64,000 nt of DNA from Blasia pusilla (Eukaryota). Of this stretch, positions 55,001-64,000 are shown one piece after another; the first letter of the stretch is position 1; each line of letters begins with the position of its first letter. A program made the position numbers and the translations under genes. Under the pieces are notes generated by a model. That model saw only the letters and a list, made by a program, of their open reading frames with translations, searched no databases and was not told where the DNA came from. The stretch lies in contig CM114271.1 of assembly GCA_050084515.1 (NCBI GenBank), positions 14,818,001-14,882,000 on the forward strand, read 5' to 3'.

Positions 55001-56876
55001 ACGAGGAGGAGTCTCGAGAGGAGAGAGAAGAAGTAAGGGAAAAAGAAATGGACAAATGCTGCTGTGCAGAACAGACAGGCGTTGTTTATTTATTGGACGG
55101 TCCCGATTTCTCGACAGGCTGGGCAGGCCAACAGCGAACTCCACAGCGCAGCGCTCCGCAGAGAATAGTTCGACCGCCTGCCAGCGAGACAAAAGTTACC
55201 CTTTGGCCGGGCCGGGACCAGGCGCTGGGAAAAGTGCACGCCGACTCGCGTAACCCTTTGCAATTGGGGGACCCAATTGTTTCTTTTCCGACGTTGGTTA
55301 AATACAAACAGCGATATAAGACGCTCATTCTTTCCTTTCCGTGGGGCTCCTACTTTTTTTTTTTTCCTTTCTACTTCATTCACCGGTTCAAAGGCTTTAC
55401 GGGACATTCACGAGTTATCTCGGCGTTTTCCCGTTATTGTGGCCATATTCATGATGCTCGATTCTTTGAGTCATCGTCACTCTATCATCTCATGCGATCC
55501 TTCCCATCCCCTTCGTAAGATGGGTGTTTCTTGCCATCTCATCTCATAGTGGTGGTGGTGGCCGCTACAAGCTTTTCATCATGCCGACTCAATTTTGCGT
55601 ATCGAAACTCATGTGGTGTGAAACCTACTACGTCCCTTTTTCATTAACTTGAGGTAAGAGGCGAGTGATGGAGGAATGATACATTTAGAATTTTCTAACA
55701 TTACTTTACATTAATTTCGTGGTTTCGCTTGGTTACATGAATCTACCCTTTTCTCGTTTTTTTAAATGGGTTTTCTCATCCATCTTTTGTTGCCTTTTTC
55801 TCCTTTTTTTTCTTTAATTAAAAGGATTTACAGCTAAAATATCACTTTTGGCATTCATTAGCATGGAAGATATTTCAAAAGGAATCCCATGTGCATACTC
55901 TCATGATGAACAAATATCAACAAACTATCGCCATGTACTTCACTCCCTTTTGGCACTTAAAAATACGGGCAAGACAAAGGAGGAAATCAAATTCAACAAG
56001 GGAAAATGGAAAGTGAAATCTCCAAGAGGATATTTCCCGGATTTTATATATATTCCTTTGGTGAATTTCCTACCCATGCTAACATTTTCCTAGGGATAAT
56101 GTCTTGCAGGTATTTTGGGCAATAAAAATGTGATTTGAAAAAAAATCCTCCTTACTTATGTTCTATATTGACATGTGTTCACATGACCTTTGGACACTTG
56201 CGGTAATTTATAGAGTTTAGTATGGGTGGATTTGACACAGAGGAATTTCTCCAATCAAAACTCCATTTTTTTTCTTCTTAAACAATGAATGCACGCAAAA
56301 TTTTGTTTGGGCCTAATTTTGTTTTGATTTATTTTTTACTTACACATTAAATGTTAACATTATATCCAAGGTTCTCTACATTGGTACAACATAAAATGGA
56401 AATTGTTATTGTACATAGACGTCAAGAAATTGCACGATACTTATAGTCGAATGAGAATAGATAGATGGGCTCTATGTGCAGTTAGGGATGGAGAGGCCAG
56501 GAATATCGATCTCGCCTCCCTTTGTGACTTATGTGCACACATCACCCATTCAGTGCTTTATGGGGCCATCATTTAACGAAGAGAAGTGGGGTTTTAGGAG
56601 AGTGGGAGGATATTATCAAGAAAATTAAAAGTGTGATGATCTTACAAAAACTCTCTATATACAATGAGAGCCCAACTACAAACTCAAGTGTTGGTAGCAA
56701 AGTGGCCTATAAGATGGCTTAACGAGCATTAATGGGCCTTTGTATCGTAGCAAGGCGATCCAAGTGTAGGGAGAAAGAACTTGAGTGTAAGGGAAAGAAG
56801 TGATGTTTGTAGTGTCGGTGTATAGCTTATGGACCGTAAATATAAAGACTAATAATTTTTTTTTTGAGATTTTGGG

Positions 56877-59418
56877 TGTCGTGCGCATACACATCGCTAC
56901 ACAACATACATCGCTGTCACCGAACACACACACAAACACGCACGATCCCATGCTAACTCATGGCATCCAAACAACGAGACAAGAAGTACCAAAATATCTC
57001 CAATCGCCCCCCTAGTTGGTGGTTAGGTCCCTCTAACTCAAGATGGCCATCTATCCCTACCTACCATGACATACATCTCTCGGACGCTAAGAGCAAGAAG
57101 GTCGGGTGCTCATGTGGCCCCATCGTTAGTCGCCTTCCTCTCACCCATGTCAGAGAAAAAGTCGGGATCGAAACCTACCTAGTATCTCCTCTATGTACAT
57201 CTGGGACACATCCATCGTCCCCGAGGAATCCTAGTGAGAGGTGGCGTCAGACATGCCATATGCCAACCTCTCCAACAACCATCACAGACAAGCATCGTGG
57301 CCGCACCACGGGCAGAACCATACAACATACAACGCAAGCTTGCAAGAACTACTGCTAAGCTTGGATCCAATGTACCATCAATGTTAGGAAGGTGACACGG
57401 AGCACAATTTTGCACATGATCCTTCCATACCATACCATCGCGTCCCTCAAGCAAGAGAACACCGGATGGCAAAACGTCACGCACTCTCCAGATAGTGCGC
57501 CTTGCAGTCACATCCAACGTCGTCGATGCCGTCTGCTGCAAGTAGACATAAAATCCCTGATGAAACCTTCAGTTAGTTGATCGATAACCACCACCCCAAA
57601 TAGTCGCATACCTCAACGTATCCCGATGCTGGGAAATCGCCAAGTTCTCAAATGCTATGGGCATCACTCTCCGAAACAACTCAGCCCTCTGAGAACATGT
57701 TCACATCCATACATCTGGGTTATCAAGGTCCAGCACCTCACTAGCATCTCGACAAATGGCCGTAGGTAAATCTGGCTCTCGGCCATAAAGTAGCAAGTAC
57801 GGTGAAAAAGACGCTAAGGATGCCTGCCTACGGATTCTATATCCCATCGCCAACCAGGGCAACTAGAGGTCCCAATCTCCTAGGTGACCTCTTTGCAAGC
57901 CATACTTGCGTAAACACCTCTTCACCGTGTGCACAACTCTCTCCGCTAATCCATCCGCCTCAAGATGATCTCACGAAGTCGTACAATGGTTGATGAGCGC
58001 CTGATCACACAAGGATGTGGCACTACGCGTACTCTGCCATCCTCCCAAACCCTCAAAACATGTGTCCCCTCCCAACGGAACCGTCTGGCCCGGTGTAGGA
58101 TCCGATCCCGCTCTCTAGCATCCACGGTGCTCGCAACGCTGCCAGTACGAAGGTATTCCAAGACAACTTCATCATCATGAATATCTCGGCCACTTGTCGT
58201 ATCCTCACTGGCCTCGGGATCCAAGGACTCTCTGCTAGACCTCGCCATCGAAGTCTCCACACTCTGGCTCTCCATAGCCAACATGCCTAAATAGGCTGAC
58301 GCGTGCCATCCTGGCACCGACTCCTCATCACTCTCTCCATGCCATTGAGCTCCAATCGCATCTCTCTAACTCAGGCATGGGTTACGACTGAACCCATCTG
58401 CATCCTGGTTGAGCGTCCTAGGTCTATGAACCACGTGAAAATCATACTCTTGCAACAACAGAGCCCATCTCGCAAGCTTCCCGGTAAGCTTGTCGGACTC
58501 CATCAACCACTACAGTGGTTGATGATCAGTGATGATGGTAAAGGGGTTGCTAAATAAGTAACACCTGAAATGCGCGACCACACATGACCAAGCACTCACC
58601 CTCATACGAGATGTACTTCGCGCCTCTGCAAAGATTGTTTGAGTGGCTAGCGAAGCCACCACGAACTCTCTACCCTCATCATCATGCTAGGTGAGCACCG
58701 CCCAAGCCCCAACATGCTCCAATCTCTCAGGTAACCGAAAGGACTCCTCGATCGGTCTCCTCAAGATGGGCGCGACGCCAACTCGCCCTGAGCAAATCGA
58801 AATGCTCGCTCCTGCTCATCCCCCCAGTGCCACTCGTGATCCACATTGGTAAGCAAGGTCAGCGGCTTCGCAATCGAACTGAATCCCTTGACAGATCGCC
58901 GATAGAAGTTTCCAATCCCATGAATGCGCGAACACGGCTCACATTTGTAGGGCGTGGAATGCGTGAGATAGCCTCTACCTTTGTCTGCTGAACACCAAGG
59001 CCCCCCGGGTATAACGTATGACCCAAGTACTCAATCTGGTCGCACAAGAACTTGCACTTGCCTGGATGTAGCTTCATCCCATGTAATTGCAATCGTCGAA
59101 ACACCACCTCTAGATGTCGCTCATGCTCCTCAACCGTGGCGCTAAAGACTACGATATCATCAATATAACACCTAGCAAAATACAGACCAGCCAAGATCCT
59201 ATCCATGACCCTCTGAAACTCAGTCGGGGCGTTCTTTACCCCAAATGGTGAGAGCCGCCACTGGTACAAACAATCCTTCCCGTGAGGATTGATGCCCCAA
59301 AATGCCGTCTTCTGCATGTCCTCCAATCTGATAGGCAGCTTCTGGTATCCGGCTCGCAAATCCAATGAACTGAAGACCTTTGCGTGACCAATCACATCAA
59401 AGATCTCCTCAAGGGTGG
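56877..59418 (-). mobile_element. Second PHD-gypsy copy, 3' part: RT-RNaseH-INT (internally deleted)-PHD, PPT, block B
   Basis: FSSLDLRAGYQ, YIDDIVVF, LVCDGCWRGWHMAC...WMCPRC. PPT at 57006-57014, followed by 126-bp block B (57002-56877) ending GCGCACGACA. Integrase deletion near 58010. Confidence 0.92.
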
Positions 59419-61699
59419 TTTCGCGACCCTCATAACCAAACAACACCAAATACGCGCCAAGCGAAACATCAGAACTCAAAGGAACTCACGCCGCGAGGTT
59501 TGCGCTTTGGAGAGGCGTTTGGAAGAGTCTCTTGAAAAAGTCTAAGAGACGAAACGTGGAACAGAGTTGTGCATTTCATGTGTTAGTGGTCGCGACCAGG
59601 AAACCTAGACCAAACGTGAGCCGAGACTTGAGATGAGTTGAGTCTCGGAGGTTGGTTGCCAAGGAGGTGAGAACCAGTTTGGAACACGGCTAGCGTTTGG
59701 GAGAATCTGACTGTGTTTAGGACCATAACGTTGAGCTCCGAGATGCGTTCGGGACAAGTAAGGGCGCGTTGGAAAGCTGATCTTGAGACGCTTCCAACGC
59801 ACCAAAGATCTCAGCAAACGCATAAGTACAGGCTGAGATATTGGCCGAAAACGATTCAGAGAGCAATCGGGTTGAGGGCCAATTGGAGGGGCCCGGGTGT
59901 CTTTCCCTAAATGTAGGGGGCCCCCGGAAATCCCCAGAAGTACTAGTAAGGGGAGTACCTTCTCTGAGATGTCTCGGGAAACGAAACCCCACTTTGGGCG
60001 CCAAACGGCGTTTGAGGCACGGATGAAACGGAGTTTGGCGGGGAAAACCCAAACCCAAACCTGATCCAAGGGAGTGGACTTTTACGCCACCCTTGATTCC
60101 AACCGAGATTCACTTCGTGCGAGTCTTGGTGAGGAACTCATTGGATGTTCATCGGACAGTTGGAACCGCTAGCGTTAAACGCCGTTTCAGTTCCCGAACC
60201 GACAGAAAAGTCTGGTCCCAAGTCTTTCGAGACTTGCCCGTGTTGGAAACCGCGAAACTAGGAAGGTTGAGCTTGAAGAGAGAGTCCGAGACGAGAACTC
60301 GGAAAGTAATCCCGCTGATTGATCCAAGACCCGACTAACCGGTGCGTGTTTGGATGCAGATCAGCGTTGAGAGCGTGACTCATCAACGCATGCTTCCGCA
60401 ACAAACAAGATTAACGTTCAAGGAGAGTAGGCGCACGACACGTGGTATCGAGCAATTCCTTGATGAGCGTGAACTTGGGGTCGTTGAAGATCTGGGCGTT
60501 TGGGGAGAACTCAAGGTAGCCGGAAGACCGCGACGCCGAGGAGGAACGCAAGAGGCGCAGGAGGAGATCTGAGAAAATGCGACGACTCGCAAATGGCGAC
60601 CAAGGACGAAGAACCGAGGAAACCGCGAGTCAAAGCAAAGAAGCCAAGAGATTTAATCAATGACGGATACCGAGAGCCGGAGGTGGAATTTGCGACTCCC
60701 GGTGCCGAGTCCGGACATGAGGATGTTCCAACCGAAAATCTTTCCGCGGGACCTTCGGGTCCAAACTTAAACGATCCGGCCTTTTATACCCAAATGATGG
60801 GATTGATGAAGGTGATGGCGGACCAGATGGTGAACAGAGCAAGGTGATCTCGAATTCAAGTCAAATGGAGCCTCTAGCTCGGCAAGAAGCTTTGTAAGAC
60901 TAATTTGCCAACGCCATTCACAGAATGGGGCGTTCTCGGAAAGTGAGCGAAGTTTCTAACGGAACTCGAACTCTATTTCAGCGCAAAGGCAGATGAACAA
61001 GACAAGATGATCAGAGCGGTCACGTTTCAAGGATCACGCTCTCCATTGGTGGACGGCTCACCGCAAAGAACATCTAGGTCGTGGGAAAACGTTGAGTTGG
61101 GAAGATTTCAAGGAGTTGATTGGGAACCGATTCACCGGAATATCGGAGTACCGCGATGGCATGGAGGTGGTGAGGTTGCGCCAGAGTGGATCACTTGGTG
61201 CTTATGTGCGAGAGTTTAGTGCACTTATGAGTGCACTTTCCACGGATGAACATATAAAACGGTGATCTTCCTAAGTGGGCTCAAACCGAGTGCCGAGAAG
61301 GCTCTCTTTCGTATGCCTCACATCCCAGAGACGTGCGCGGACCTCTTGAGACTAGCCGAGCGGATTGGGGACGATGAAGTCCAACACCCGAAACCCTTTG
61401 AGACAAAAAGTTTTTCTAAGTTACAGAAGAATAAAGGGACATCCAAGAGGGTTTGGAATGGGGGTGAGCGCGACCACGGAGGGTCTCTCGCCCCAGCGGC
61501 GAAACGAGTGGAACTCAACGCAAAGCCGAAGGGGCCGAAGTCCGAGACGAGAACTCGGAAAGTAATCCCGCTGATTGATCCAAGACCCGACTAACCGAAG
61601 TGCGTGTTTGGATGCAGATCAGCGTTGAGAGCGTGACCTACTGAACGCACGCTTCCGCAACAAACAAGATTAACGTTCAAGGAGAGTAGGCGCACGACA
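59419..61699 (+). mobile_element. Nested Ty3/gypsy deletion derivative (LTR-PBS-gag-truncated LTR) inserted in the RT of the PHD-gypsy
   Basis: 5-bp TSD GGTGG (59414-59418 and 61700-61704). Removing the insert restores YAMPTLEEIFD. 5' LTR 59419-60440, PBS TGGTATCGAGC at 60443, gag-like FLTELELYF/DKMIRAVTF. 60283-60440 is repeated at 61539-61699. Confidence 0.9.
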
Positions 61700-62345
61700 G
61701 GTGGGCATGGCATACCTATTGGACTTCGTCTACCGATTGATAGGTTGGTAATCCCCACACATCCGCCTATCCATCCAATTGCCATGCACATCCTTCTTGG
61801 CGGGCATGACGGTGGCAGATGCATACTCCCCATGCGACATCTCCACTAGTCTTGATCCGACCAAGTCTTGGCTCCTACTCTGAATCAGAGCCCTCTCCAT
61901 ATCACTGTACCTGTAGGGTCGTCGGAAGATCGGCGTATCACTCGACAACTCAATGCGGATCCCCAGTCCTTTCAGCGTACCCAAATCCTCCATGCTAAAC
62001 GCAAAGCAGCTTCTATAACTCTTGAGGAACAGATGTATTCGGCGCCGCTCTCCTCCTGTTAACTTAGGGCCCATATCTCGCTCCCAAGTCTCCATCGTGA
62101 CTACGGTAGGACTCTCCGACGCGGGTATTGGTGGTTGCTATGGTGCAACCCTATCTCAAACAACAACACTCGGGCGCTCTCTGCAAGCCAATTGCAAACT
62201 CTTATCTCCTCCACGTGCAGTGCCTGAAACCACGCTCGATGATGTGGCTATCATCTCCTTGCGTACCTGCAAAACATCCCAAGAAGTGCAAGGGTGTCTC
62301 TCCTGATCTCCCCCCAAGATCTCTTGGGTCTCGTGACCACTACCT
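61700..62345 (-). pseudogene. Upstream pol part of the interrupted PHD-gypsy copy (RT N-terminus)
   Basis: PIFRRPYRYS...YASATVMPAKKD...RRMCGDYQPINR continues across the insertion into 59418. Confidence 0.9.
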
Positions 62346-62349
62346 CAGG

Positions 62350-63830
62350 TAAAAGAGGAGCTTTGGGGAGTTGTCGCAATGAAAGGCGAGAAGGAGTATC
62401 TTATGGGAGCCTATGTATTGCTTGAGGTTGATTGTCTACCTTTGTTAGGTATGATTGCATTGTACGACTCAGATATAGCCATGCTACGTTGGATAGCCTA
62501 CATTAGGTCCTTGAATCCACAATTGAAGCATATAGTGGGAAAGAGAACTCAGAGAGCCGACATGTTGTCTAGAGCTAGATTTAGTCAAGAAGAAGATATG
62601 GAGGCAAATCGAGATAGATGAGGATGATGCACATGTGTGGCAAGTGTTATCTCAAGAACGAGGTGGCATAGAGGATGTTCTAGCCTTCAAAGAGGATTTG
62701 TATGAGGGGGTTAAAAGAAATTGGCGCTATTTAAGCACTCAAAGAGATGGAGGGTGGATAGAAAAGTTCTTCAAGGAGATTCGGCACAAATGGCTATCTA
62801 CTACAAGATGGATATCTTTGGAAAAGGCCAAAGAGGAAAGATGGAATGCCCTTGAGGGTGGTGGATAACAATGGGACAAAAATGCAAGTGCTCAAAGAAT
62901 TCCCACAATTCTTTATGGGCAAAACAGGTACTTGGGCAACTTTCACCAAGATAAAAGAGAGGTATTGGTGGAAAGGCCTATATAAGGATGTTGAGAGATA
63001 TGTTGGGTCGTGTGTTGAATGTCGTTTCAATCAAAAATCAGAGTGAGAGATGGACTTAAACCCACGTATCCTTTGTCTATTCATCATCAATGGGTTATAC
63101 ATCTAGTTGCTATGCCACTAGGTCTTTGGGGAATGCGTTACTGGTCCTAGCACGATAAGAGTTGTCCAACTTTGTAGAAGGGAGGGTTTTTACGGCCAAA
63201 AACAACAGAGCCTATATGTCGTTTTATTCTAGAGGATATTGTTGCTAGATATGGGAGGTCGGGAGAATCCGATAGAGGTGAGTTGAATGCGGAGGAAGCA
63301 CGAGAGTTCTTCAGAGATATGGAGTCAGTTGAGATTAACCCGGAGGCAAACGCGGCAAGAAGGGGACATCCGCCAATCAAGTTGAGTGGAGATCCATGTT
63401 ATGGTGATTGGCCTAGATTAAATCCAAAGATCGTTCACGAGGGTTCATGCCAAGTTGATACATGGCAGAAGGAGATATACCCACTTGGATGGGTTTGTGC
63501 TCAATAGGGAAGAGCTCGGCACTTCGAATGCGGAAATAGAGCGGCGGGAAGAGGATATTGCGAAGCGTTAGTTTGAATGAAGGAAGCAAGGTTGAAAAAT
63601 AAGGAGCGCCGACAAAACTCATCGACTTCGGAAGGAGCCGATAAGAGAAAGATTGGGTCTTGGTGCACGACAACGCCTTGACAACCAAAGATAGTACAAT
63701 TAAGAAGTTTGCACGTTGGTTTGGTCCATATGTTATAGTCTTTGCTTTTGACAATGCCACTTACAAACTACGTGAACTAGATGGCACAATTCTCAAGCCG
63801 CCCATTGCATGAAAAAGGGTCAAGATTTTG
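62350..63830 (+). pseudogene. Degenerate RNaseH-integrase fragment of a third Ty3/gypsy family
   Basis: EVDCLPLLGMI...RWIAYI...ADMLSR. Integrase zinc-finger region TFTKIKERYWWKGLYKDVERYVGSCVEC. GPY motif RWFGPYVIV. Confidence 0.85.
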
Positions 63831-64000
63831 TTGAAGGATTTCTTGATTTATTGAAGTTTCATAAGTAAGTCTATAGCAAGAAGTCTTGATGTTTTTATTA
63901 GGAGTTTAAATTGGCTTAGAAAAAGGAGATTCTTATGTTTATGGTGCCTCTTTTATGCGGGCCCAACTTTAGGAAAAGGAGGTAATAAATAAAAGATGAC

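Noticed and set aside
54316-55518. 400-aa ORF
   Set aside because: Built from low-complexity purine and pyrimidine tracts, with no recognisable domain.
53500-55600. Conserved land-plant miRNAs (miR156/160/166/171/319/390/408/477/529/535/536)
   Set aside because: No match found on visual scan. A computational search is needed to exclude them fully.

Overview
Eukaryotic, TE-rich genomic DNA from a land plant, probably a non-seed plant such as a bryophyte (inferred from the element types, not proven). There is one intact protein-coding gene: a two-exon CYCLING DOF FACTOR-like Dof transcription factor on the minus strand (12950-12816 joined to 11688-9976, 615 aa). The rest is decayed mobile DNA. 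It includes several copies of a Ty3/gypsy family whose integrase ends in a PHD finger, a nested second gypsy family with a 5-bp TSD, a full-length but dead Ty1/copia with LTRs and TSD, a small TIR element with an 8-bp TSD, foldback elements, Helitron-like hairpin+CTAG termini and long (GA)n tracts. Two things stand out. (1) A ruined ~5-kb coding unit joins an EDM2/NSD-type multi-PHD cassette and C2H2 fingers to a P-element-like DDE transposase, and an inverted ~1.07-kb copy of its 3' end lies upstream. (2) The termini of the PHD-gypsy family do not behave like ordinary LTRs and instead fit a split-direct-repeat layout (A...B-A-B), known from tyrosine-recombinase retroelements. No rRNA, tRNA or CRISPR array was seen. 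All alignments were done by eye.
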